A DNA stretch of 64,000 nt from contig DAOUFR010000011.1 in the NCBI GenBank assembly GCA_034429715.1, positions 1,601 to 65,600 of the forward strand, read 5' to 3'. The translations under genes and the position numbers were made by a program. Below, piece after piece: positions 9,842 to 16,649 of this stretch (positions are counted from its first letter, which is position 1; each line of letters begins with the position of its first letter). The stretch is from Dehalococcoidia bacterium (GTDB lineage: Bacteria; Chloroflexota; Dehalococcoidia; GIF9; UBA5629). The notes beneath the pieces are model-generated. The model was not told where the DNA came from. It worked only from the letters and a program-made list of their open reading frames with translations, and did not search any database.

Positions 9842-10669
9842 CTATCCCTTCTTTTTGTCGCTGCCTTCCTTAAGTGCCTTGGAAGGCTGTTCCGCTGCTT
9901 TTTGAGTCGCGCTCTGAGGCTGAGTCTGAGCCTGAGGCTGCCTGAAGGACGGGAAGGTGAAATAACCCCAGCCGCCGGCCACGAAGTACTGGATGATTAT
10001 GCCGATGATGTTGGATACCACCCAGTAAAGGGCTAATCCACTGGGGAAAGACAGTGTGAAAAAGGCAAACATCAACGGCATCATCATAGTTGTCATGCTC
10101 GACATCTGCTGCTGGCGGGGATCGGTGGCGGGCGGCGTAACCATCTTCTGCTGCACCCACATAGTCAGGCCGACCAGTATGGCAAGGATCATGGTCGGGT
10201 CAGGCTGGGACAGCCTGAGCCCCAGGAAGTTCTCGTTGAGCGGTATGGCCTGGTCCACCATATCCCACGGATATAGATGCTGCGACAATATGAGAAGGTT
10301 CTCAGGCGTAGCCGCAAGGGCCTGCATGATAGATTGATAGAGCGCAATCCAGATAGGCATCTGTATCAGCAGAGGCCACATGCAGCCGAGAGGATTGATA
10401 CCGGCCTCCTTGTAGAGGCGCATCATCTCCTGCTGCAGTTTCTTCTGGTCGCGCGCATACTTTTTCTGGAGCTCCTGCATCTTGGGCTGCAGTTCCTGCA
10501 TGGCTTTAGTCGACTTTGTCTGCCTGAACGTGAGGGGCATGAGGACGATCCTGACCGCTATGGTCAGCACGATGATAGCCAGGCCGAAGTTGCTCCAGAG
10601 TATCTGGGAAAGCGCAATCAGACCGTTCAGTACCGGATCGAGTATAGCTACATTCCAAATATCAACCAT
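9842..10669 (-). CDS. yidC: Membrane protein insertase YidC
   Basis: LTIAVRIVLMPL, MQELQPKMQELQKKY, GINPLGCMWPLLIQMPI, GLALYWVVSN. Confidence 0.95.
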   Translation of the reverse strand: MVDIWNVAILDPVLNGLIALSQILWSNFGLAIIVLTIAVRIVLMPLTFRQTKSTKAMQELQPKMQELQKKYARDQKKLQQEMMRLYKEAGINPLGCMWPLLIQMPIWIALYQSIMQALAATPENLLILSQHLYPWDMVDQAIPLNENFLGLRLSQPDPTMILAILVGLTMWVQQKMVTPPATDPRQQQMSSMTTMMMPLMFAFFTLSFPSGLALYWVVSNIIGIIIQYFVAGGWGYFTFPSFRQPQAQTQPQSATQKAAEQPSKALKEGSDKKKG

Positions 10670-10678
10670 ATAACTAAC

Positions 10679-11857
10679 CTACTTTATCGCTGAAGAAAAA
10701 TCCCAGGTGATGGTATTCTTCACCGTATCAACTGCATAGACTTTGTGATCCCGGGCATATATATAAACCATGTCGCCCTCCGCGTAAGGATTCCCGTAGA
10801 CGGTATAGCCGACCGATATACTGCTGATCTTGGTCCCGTTGGTTATATCCAGCTTGTAAAGCGTCCCCTTTTCACTCACCGCGAATATGTGTTTATCGGT
10901 CACGGCAGGGGTCGACACCATCTGTCCGTCTCCCTCGAATTGCCAGATCTCTTTGCCGCCGACAGCCTCGATGGCATATATCTTTTTGTCCATGCAGGCT
11001 GCATAGATCGTGCTGTCGCGAATCACCGGCGTGGCCCAGAACCAGTTGCCGGCCTGGTATTTCCACTTCACCGTCCCATCGGCCTTATCAACGGCATACA
11101 GGTTCCGGTCGAAGGTGCCGAAATAAAGCAGCTGGTCTTTTACAGCGAGAGACGAGGCTACCGCCGAGGGGATCTTGATGCTCCATACCTCCCTGCCGGT
11201 TTCGGCCGATATGGCATACACGTTGCCGCCGTAGTTGCCGGAATAGATTATTCCATTGTCCAGAACGGGAGCCGTCCATATCTTGTCGGAGGTCTGGAAC
11301 TCCCAGATAAAATCGCCTGTAACGGCATCGAGCGCATAGATTTTACCGTTGGCGCTGCCGAAATACAGCGCCTTCCCATCGGTGATTACATTACCGACGA
11401 TCGCTCCTACCGTTTCGAAGCCTTCCCTCGGGTAAATCCAGCGGACCACTCCCCGATTGGCATTGAGGGCATAGATTTTACCGGTGTAGGTGCCCACTAA
11501 AACCAGGTCGCCGATTACCACAGGAGTGGCGTAGATGCCTTTGCCGGAGGCCGCCGATGACGGGGCGCACATGGCGCCGCAGGCGGATCCCGGCGTGGCG
11601 GTTTTAATGGCATATATCCACTCAGTCTCGGCGGGGAAGGTCTTTCCCTCGCTTCGCGCCTGCGGGCTGAGGGCAATGACCGATCCCTCCATAGACCCGA
11701 AGCAAATCAACTCGTTGTAGGGGGCAAAGCCGGACCAGCCCTGGGCCTGTGCTCCTGAACATCCCCCATCCATACCGGGCATACAACCTGAAACAAATAC
11801 CAGCAGGAGTATCCCCAGAAGAATAACAATCCTGACCAAATTTCTAACTTTTCTCAT
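10679..11857 (-). CDS. PQQ-like beta-propeller lipoprotein (BamB-like repeats)
   Basis: Signal peptide with lipobox VSGC; repeated YALDA.TG...W.F..W..P motifs. Confidence 0.85.
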   Translation of the reverse strand: MRKVRNLVRIVILLGILLLVFVSGCMPGMDGGCSGAQAQGWSGFAPYNELICFGSMEGSVIALSPQARSEGKTFPAETEWIYAIKTATPGSACGAMCAPSSAASGKGIYATPVVIGDLVLVGTYTGKIYALNANRGVVRWIYPREGFETVGAIVGNVITDGKALYFGSANGKIYALDAVTGDFIWEFQTSDKIWTAPVLDNGIIYSGNYGGNVYAISAETGREVWSIKIPSAVASSLAVKDQLLYFGTFDRNLYAVDKADGTVKWKYQAGNWFWATPVIRDSTIYAACMDKKIYAIEAVGGKEIWQFEGDGQMVSTPAVTDKHIFAVSEKGTLYKLDITNGTKISSISVGYTVYGNPYAEGDMVYIYARDHKVYAVDTVKNTITWDFSSAIK

Positions 11858-11899
11858 ATATTATCCTATTAAAGTTTCATTCAATCTAAAGCCGGCCTA

Positions 11900-12112
11900 T
11901 CATGGAACAGGATCGTAGCCGCGGGGCGTCCAGGGATTGCAGCGACAGATCCTGAGAAAAGTCATCCAACTTCCTTTAAAAATGCCGTATTTCTGTATTG
12001 CCTCGTATCCATATTGAGAACACGTCGGTGTAAAGCGGCAGGCCGAAGGCGTGACCTGCGAGATAGTGCCCTGGTACAACTTAATTGATTTTAGAGCTAC
12101 CGTTTTCAGCAT
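11900..12112 (-). CDS. yidD: Membrane protein insertion efficiency factor YidD
   Basis: CRFTPTCSQY..RICRCNPW..GYDPVP. Confidence 0.95.
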   Translation of the reverse strand: MLKTVALKSIKLYQGTISQVTPSACRFTPTCSQYGYEAIQKYGIFKGSWMTFLRICRCNPWTPRGYDPVP

Positions 12113-12443
12113 CTATTACCATCAAATCCAGGCGGTTAAGCAATTTTGTTATCGACCTGTTAATCTCATGATAATCAACGCCTGCCACAGGTCGCCGGGC
12201 GATCAACACCATATCCCACCCGGATTTTATTATCATCAGGCGAATATTCTCCTTTAGCAGCCTCCTGACACGGTTTCTGACAGTCGCCTTCCCGATATCC
12301 TTGGTTACAGAGAAGCCCACGCGTAAAGCATCCAGACGGTTGGGAAGAGCTTTTATTACCAGCAGTTTATCCGCTGCGGCTTTGCCAGATTTATATACTG
12401 CTAAATACTGCGATCTCCTGGTTAAAGCCAATCTCTTGGCCAT
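12081..12443 (-). CDS. rnpA: Ribonuclease P protein component
   Basis: RVGFSVTKDIGKATVRNRVRRLLKE (RNR motif). Start placed at ATG 12443, inside the longer track ORF. Confidence 0.93.
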   Translation of the reverse strand: MAKRLALTRRSQYLAVYKSGKAAADKLLVIKALPNRLDALRVGFSVTKDIGKATVRNRVRRLLKENIRLMIIKSGWDMVLIARRPVAGVDYHEINRSITKLLNRLDLMVIDAENGSSKIN

Positions 12444-12450
12444 CTCAACG

Positions 12451-12591
12451 CTATACCTGGGTGAGCTTCCAGCGCCCTCGGGCACGCCTGGCCTTTAATA
12501 CAGCTCGCCCACCCTTGGTGGACGCGCGTGCGCGAAAACCGTGCTTCCTGATTCTTCCTCTTTTTTTCGGTTGATATGTCCTCTTGGGCAA
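12451..12591 (-). CDS. rpmH: 50S ribosomal protein L34 (46 aa, below the ORF-track cut-off)
   Basis: Manual translation from TTG 12591: [46 protein letters not shown]. Confidence 0.95.
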   Translation of the reverse strand: MPKRTYQPKKRGRIRKHGFRARASTKGGRAVLKARRARGRWKLTQV

Positions 12592-12610
12592 TTCAATACT
12601 CCAAATTTGA

Positions 12611-12898
12611 TTAAGCTTTTTTCTCGGCTGCGCTCATGTTGTAGACATGGTTGGGCGACGAGGGCAGCATGGCCAGATAACGCGACCTTTTAATGGCCTG
12701 AGCCAGGCTGCGCTGGTGCCTGGCACACACACCGGTGCGCCTCCTCGGCACTATCTTGCCGCGGTCAGAAACAAAACGCTGCAGAAGAGACACATTCTTA
12801 TAGTCGATAGGCGCTTTGTCGGCACAAAACATGCACACCTTGGGTTTAACAATGAATTTGCGCCCCCTCTCCCTTCTTTGTACGGTATTGGTTTCCAT
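12611..12898 (-). CDS. rpsR: 30S ribosomal protein S18 (Zn-binding form)
   Basis: [37 protein letters not shown]. Start placed at ATG 12898 with AAGGAG upstream. Confidence 0.95.
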   Translation of the reverse strand: METNTVQRRERGRKFIVKPKVCMFCADKAPIDYKNVSLLQRFVSDRGKIVPRRRTGVCARHQRSLAQAIKRSRYLAMLPSSPNHVYNMSAAEKKA

Positions 12899-12933
12899 TG
12901 GTCTAAAAAACTCCTTCTCTAACAATTAAGGAT

Positions 12934-13338
12934 TTAGAAGGGGATATCCTCCGGCTCGATATCACCTTCGATTACACGGGCATCCTCGGGCGGCAGTTGC
13001 GCAGGCCCCTGTTTGTCCAGGAAGAGCACCTTATCTGCGGTCACATCCAGGCTGACCCGTTTCTGTCCGTCCTTGCCGTCATATAAGCGTGTACGCAAAT
13101 TTCCTTCCACGTAAACCAACTTACCTTTGTTTAAAAACTGGTTGCATGTCTCCGCCAGCTTTCTCCACGCGCTGATGCGAAACCATTCGGTCTCCTCTTT
13201 GAAGGACCCGTCGGGCTGGCGCATATTGCGATTGGCCGCCAGGCTGAAAGTGGTGACTGCTACACCGTCCGCAGTAAACCTCATCTCGGGATCACCCCCG
13301 ACCCGGCCAATCAGAATAATCTTGATTAAGCTCGCCAT
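12934..13338 (-). CDS. ssb: Single-stranded DNA-binding protein
   Basis: ILIGRVGGDPEMRFT, ETEWFRISAW, VYVEGNLRT; acidic tail EDIPF; lies between rpsF and rpsR. Confidence 0.96.
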   Translation of the reverse strand: MASLIKIILIGRVGGDPEMRFTADGVAVTTFSLAANRNMRQPDGSFKEETEWFRISAWRKLAETCNQFLNKGKLVYVEGNLRTRLYDGKDGQKRVSLDVTADKVLFLDKQGPAQLPPEDARVIEGDIEPEDIPF

Positions 13339-13354
13339 CAACCACCTCCGGAGA

Positions 13355-13642
13355 TCAGCTATTCTCGCGAACGAACAGGTACCTTAATACATCCTCGGAC
13401 ATCTTCAAACCGGCATCAAGTTCTTTTAAAGCCGTCTGTTTGATCTGCACTTTTTCGAGCACGTAATTGCCTTCAGTCTGCTTCTTAATCGGGTAAGCAA
13501 ACCTTCTTTTTCCCCATTGATTCGTCTCCGTAACCGTTCCACCGAGCTTGGTTATCTGGTCGTTGACCTTTCCCAATACCCGGGTGAAATCATCTTCACT
13601 CAAGTCCGCATTCAGAATAAAAACCAGTTCGTAACCGGGCAC
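13355..13642 (-). CDS. rpsF: 30S ribosomal protein S6
   Basis: YELVFIL, WGKRRFAYPIKK, EDVLRYL; GTG start with GGAGG RBS. Confidence 0.95.
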   Translation of the reverse strand: MPGYELVFILNADLSEDDFTRVLGKVNDQITKLGGTVTETNQWGKRRFAYPIKKQTEGNYVLEKVQIKQTALKELDAGLKMSEDVLRYLFVRENS

Positions 13643-13701
13643 AATAAATCCTCCAAGCAGCGAAATTCTACTGATTATAGCATACAGCCCGATTCCTCAA
13701 C

Positions 13702-13723
13702 AAGCTTGAGCAAGTTGCGAAAC
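13702..13723 (+). repeat. Left inverted repeat of the island
   Basis: AAGCTTGAGCAAGTTGCGAAAC; its reverse complement matches 16560-16581 at 20/22 positions. Confidence 0.8.
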
Positions 13724-13741
13724 TGCCCATCATCTGCTCGG

Positions 13742-13939
13742 TCATTTATCATCATTTTCCTGCAATATCCTTAGCACCAATTTAATGCGTTTGATTTTGT
13801 TTTCCAGACTGTTAATTTCAGCCATATCATTTTTCACCCTTTTGTGGGCGATATAGACATTCCGCTCCTCATTCCCCAGGGTCTTTATTAGGTTTAAAAT
13901 TACATTATTTTGCAAATTTCCATTAAATGTACTTGACAT
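13742..13939 (-). CDS. Small hypothetical protein (65 aa) with a coiled-coil-like C-terminal half
   Basis: Strong AGGAGG RBS 5 nt before ATG; heptad-like MAEINSLENKIKRIKLVLRIL; divergent from the 161-aa ORF. Confidence 0.6.
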   Translation of the reverse strand: MSSTFNGNLQNNVILNLIKTLGNEERNVYIAHKRVKNDMAEINSLENKIKRIKLVLRILQENDDK

Positions 13940-13949
13940 TGTCTCCTCC

Positions 13950-13977
13950 TAATGTTATTATGAATGTACTAACATTA
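13950..13977. promoter_or_regulatory. Palindromic operator-like site between divergent island ORFs
   Basis: TAATGTTA-N12-TAACATTA; the related AATGTACT..ACATT motif also occurs at 13926-13940 and 13963-13976. Confidence 0.5.
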
Positions 13978-13996
13978 AACTATGGGGGTCGCATAA

Positions 13997-14482
13997 ATGA
14001 TGAAAGTAAATGATGATATTCAGAAGGGGTTGAAGGATGAATTGATAATATTGGAAGACAAACTTTTTCAAATTCAACAAAGGCTTAAGAAAGACCAGGC
14101 TGAGTTTGGCATTGCGAGTCGCAAATATGCCGCGATGAGAGATATGCTTACAAAATATTTGGGGCACAGCCCATATGTGCCTGATGCTAATTTTGATGGG
14201 CTTGAGCCTGTGTCGGATAGGGAGGATTTTTATGGTGGCTTTAGATTCATCTATATGCCTGTTGGAAAAGCGGTAATAACAGCGCTTAAAGAAGCTGACA
14301 CACCACTTTCCCTCGAAGAAATTGTTAAATGGCTTCAGACGGGTGGAGTTGAGCGAGAAGAAAGTTCCCTTATTCGCGCAGTAAATGCAGCACTTATTAA
14401 GACAAAGGGAATACAAAAGTCCAAGGATGGGAAATACTCGTACATACCAAGTGATGTTGAGCCAGATGATGTACCATTTTAA
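13997..14482 (+). CDS. Hypothetical protein: N-terminal coiled coil, winged-helix (HARE-HTH-like) domain, SSB-like acidic tail
   Basis: VITALKEADTPLSLEEIVKWLQTGG..LIRAVNAAL..GKYSY fits a wHTH pattern; ends DVEPDDVPF. Confidence 0.6.
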   Translation: MMKVNDDIQKGLKDELIILEDKLFQIQQRLKKDQAEFGIASRKYAAMRDMLTKYLGHSPYVPDANFDGLEPVSDREDFYGGFRFIYMPVGKAVITALKEADTPLSLEEIVKWLQTGGVEREESSLIRAVNAALIKTKGIQKSKDGKYSYIPSDVEPDDVPF

Positions 14483-14486
14483 TAAT

Positions 14487-14518
14487 GAGGAGTGGCGCTG
14501 ACACGCCACTCCTCGTTT
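14487..14518 (+). terminator. GC-rich hairpin (terminator or processing signal) just upstream of the tRNA
   Basis: GAGGAGTGGCG-ctgaca-CGCCACTCCTC is a perfect 11-bp stem with only a short GTTT tail; it ends 13 nt before tRNA position 1. Confidence 0.7.
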
Positions 14519-14527
14519 GCTATTCGT

Positions 14528-14600
14528 GGGGGCGTAGCTTAGTCGGCAAAGCAGCGAACTTAAAATTCGCTGGATACGGGTTCGAGTCCCGTCGCCTCCA
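14528..14600 (+). tRNA. Atypical tRNA: anticodon TAA (Leu) on a class I body with alanine acceptor identity (G3.U70, A73); CCA not encoded
   Basis: Cloverleaf: GGGGGCG/CGCCTCC acceptor, GCTT-AGTCGGCA-AAGC D arm, GCGAA-CTTAAAA-TTCGC anticodon arm, 5-nt variable loop TGGAT, ACGGG-TTCGAGT-CCCGT T arm, A73, then CTA. Confidence 0.88.
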
Positions 14601-14665
14601 CTATTTAGCCTAGTATTCTGGGTACTAGCAGCTGTAACTGAACTAGCACCCATTGTCTCGGAGGG

Positions 14666-15685
14666 ATGAGCTCCTTGACTACTTATTATGATAACGAATG
14701 CTCTGGAAATGTCAACACTGTACCAGTGGTCAGACAGCTTCATGCTGTATTTAATTCTATCCCAGATGCCGAACTGTTGACCGCTCTGAAGTCTCCAACC
14801 GGAAGACCAGGATATACCGTCAACATTCTCTGGAAGACTTATGTCGCAATGACCGTCCTCAACCTGCCGACATTTGCTGACCTGATAAGAACATTGCATA
14901 ACAATCCGTTTATTGCAATTGCATGTGGGATAACAAGCGAAAAGGACATACCGAGTAAATTTGCGTATTCCCGCTTTATTCGCAAGTTGTCTCAACCTGA
15001 TATCGTACCGATGGTAAAGAATGTATCTCGAAACCTTACTCGGCAACTCTATGAGAAAATTCCAGGTTTTGGCAAAAGTGTGGCAATAGACAGTACAGAT
15101 TTGAAAGCATGGTCGAACGGGGCTAAAAAGCCCGTTTCTGATAAGGATGCAACATGGGCGGTAAAACCGGATACTGCTGGCAAGAAGAAATATTTCTTTG
15201 GTTATAAGCTTCATCTTATGGCTGACACACAATGCGAAATCCCGATAGTAGCGAATGTGACAACCGCCTCTATCGCTGATGTCCGTGTAGCTAGTAGGGT
15301 ATTGAGCCATGCACGATTCGCAAATGGGGCTTTTCATCCTGAATATGTGATTTGCGATGCTGGATATTGCAGTAAGAGCTTGAGGCGATCGATAAAAAGA
15401 CAGTACAGGGCTGAGCCAATAATTAAAGTGAATCCCACGCACAAGAAATCTTTGTTTGTTGAGACTAAGGAATGGCAGCAAATTTACGGTAGGCGTACTG
15501 CCATTGAGCGCATGTTTAGTCGACTCAAGTTGTATAGGCGACTTAACAATATTACTGTTCGTGGTATTCGTAAAGTAACTGTTCATTGTTTTCTTTCATT
15601 AATTGTTACTCAAGCTCAAGCCTTTTATGCTTCATCAAATAATCAATTGGCTTCTGCTAGACAATGTGTTTACTCATCAGTCTAA
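14666..15685 (+). CDS. DDE transposase (IS4/IS5/IS1182-like; DUF772-type N-terminus plus DDE_Tnp_1-type domain)
   Basis: GRPGY.., VAIDST (D1), FFGYKLHL, ICDAGY (D2), RTAIERMFSRLK (E); GGAGG RBS. Confidence 0.88.
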   Translation: MSSLTTYYDNECSGNVNTVPVVRQLHAVFNSIPDAELLTALKSPTGRPGYTVNILWKTYVAMTVLNLPTFADLIRTLHNNPFIAIACGITSEKDIPSKFAYSRFIRKLSQPDIVPMVKNVSRNLTRQLYEKIPGFGKSVAIDSTDLKAWSNGAKKPVSDKDATWAVKPDTAGKKKYFFGYKLHLMADTQCEIPIVANVTTASIADVRVASRVLSHARFANGAFHPEYVICDAGYCSKSLRRSIKRQYRAEPIIKVNPTHKKSLFVETKEWQQIYGRRTAIERMFSRLKLYRRLNNITVRGIRKVTVHCFLSLIVTQAQAFYASSNNQLASARQCVYSSV

Positions 15686-15762
15686 GAAACCATGTTTTGA
15701 TAGGTGTATAATATTCATACTCGATTCCTCTTATAAGATTGATGTTGTCGGGAAGGAAGCAT

Positions 15763-16500
15763 ATGCATTCTTTTGATGGGGTCAATCTCAAAATCGTCAG
15801 GGTAAAGGAACAGATCGAAGCTTTCCGCAGAGATATTGAGTTGTTTCATACCTCTAAGCCCAAACCATGTGAAATCATTCCACATGGCGATACTAAAGGT
15901 CTTAACTATAGTCTTACCTATTGCATCAATCGACACCCCCCGAAAGAATGGGGTGTTCTTGCGGGTGAGATTGCTTATAACCTCCGATCCGCTCTCGACC
16001 ATTTGGCTTGGCAATTGGCATTGCTCAAGACCAATAATCCTTCTAGAAGTACTGAGTTTCCCATTTTTTACGATCAAGCCATATTCAATGATCCAGGAAA
16101 AGGGGTTAAGAATAAATGGAAGGATATACCTCTCTATATCCGACCTACTATCGAAAAGTTTCAACCTTACAATAGAGGAAAGTGGCCGGAACTTGAACTT
16201 CTTTGGTGTCTCCATGAAATTAATCGTATTGACAAGCATAGGGAAATTATCCCGTGTTTTCTTCAACCAAGGATCGGTATCAAAGGTGAGCAATTTGGTA
16301 CTTTTCAACCTATGAAATTGAACGATGGCGATACAATAACAGTCCTCAAATCTGAAGGTACAGCAAAATTGAAGATTATGGCAGAGATAGCGTTCGATGT
16401 CCCTGATTTCAGTTATCTCTTTCCCGCAATGGGTTTCTTGGGCATATATAAATTTATCAGCGATGAAGTAATCCCACGTTTCAAAGTCTTTTTCAAATGA
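15763..16500 (+). CDS. Hypothetical protein, putative HEPN-like RNase
   Basis: GEIAYNLRSALDHLAWQL, TEFPIF and LHEINRIDKHR resemble HEPN-type helical nucleases. Start placed at ATG 15763 (AAGGA RBS). Family assigned from memory of motifs only. Confidence 0.5.
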   Translation: MHSFDGVNLKIVRVKEQIEAFRRDIELFHTSKPKPCEIIPHGDTKGLNYSLTYCINRHPPKEWGVLAGEIAYNLRSALDHLAWQLALLKTNNPSRSTEFPIFYDQAIFNDPGKGVKNKWKDIPLYIRPTIEKFQPYNRGKWPELELLWCLHEINRIDKHREIIPCFLQPRIGIKGEQFGTFQPMKLNDGDTITVLKSEGTAKLKIMAEIAFDVPDFSYLFPAMGFLGIYKFISDEVIPRFKVFFK

Positions 16501-16559
16501 ATTAGCTGTAACCATTGGTATAACGATTTACTCCATATCTAGATATTTATTTACACAGG

Positions 16560-16581
16560 GTTTCGCAACTGCCTCAAGCTT
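16560..16581 (-). repeat. Right inverted repeat of the island
   Basis: GTTTCGCAACTGCCTCAAGCTT, inverted partner of 13702-13723. Confidence 0.8.
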
Positions 16582-16649
16582 CAGCCTCGAGCTGTGGTAT
16601 TGCATTTTCGTTCAGGCTGTCATATAGTTTTCTGGCAGGTCAACACAAT

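Larger units (their letters stand above)
13702..16581. mobile_element. AT-rich 2.9-kb insertion bounded by 22-bp inverted repeats, carrying a DDE transposase, an atypical tRNA and passenger ORFs
   Basis: Visible GC drop between rpsF and ychF; inverted repeats at both ends (20/22 match); internal transposase. No target-site duplication found. Confidence 0.65.

Noticed and set aside
12451-13700. oriC near rpmH
   Set aside because: No dnaA/dnaN and no DnaA-box cluster; rpmH is preceded by rpsF-ssb-rpsR.
14528-14600. tmRNA (ssrA) or an ssrA attachment-site duplicate
   Set aside because: The GGGGGCG/CGCCTCCA ends resemble tmRNA, but the interior is a complete 73-nt cloverleaf with D and anticodon arms and no tag reading frame.
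13958-15586. 542-aa antisense ORF across the wHTH gene, tRNA and transposase
   Set aside because: Exactly in register with the sense genes, with no RBS or recognisable motifs and a shadow-like composition. Treated as a consequence of TTA/CTA/TCA avoidance, which is reported as a finding.
15715-16515. 266-aa antisense ORF over the HEPN-like gene
   Set aside because: Same in-register shadow; the plus-strand ORF has an RBS and protein-like motifs.
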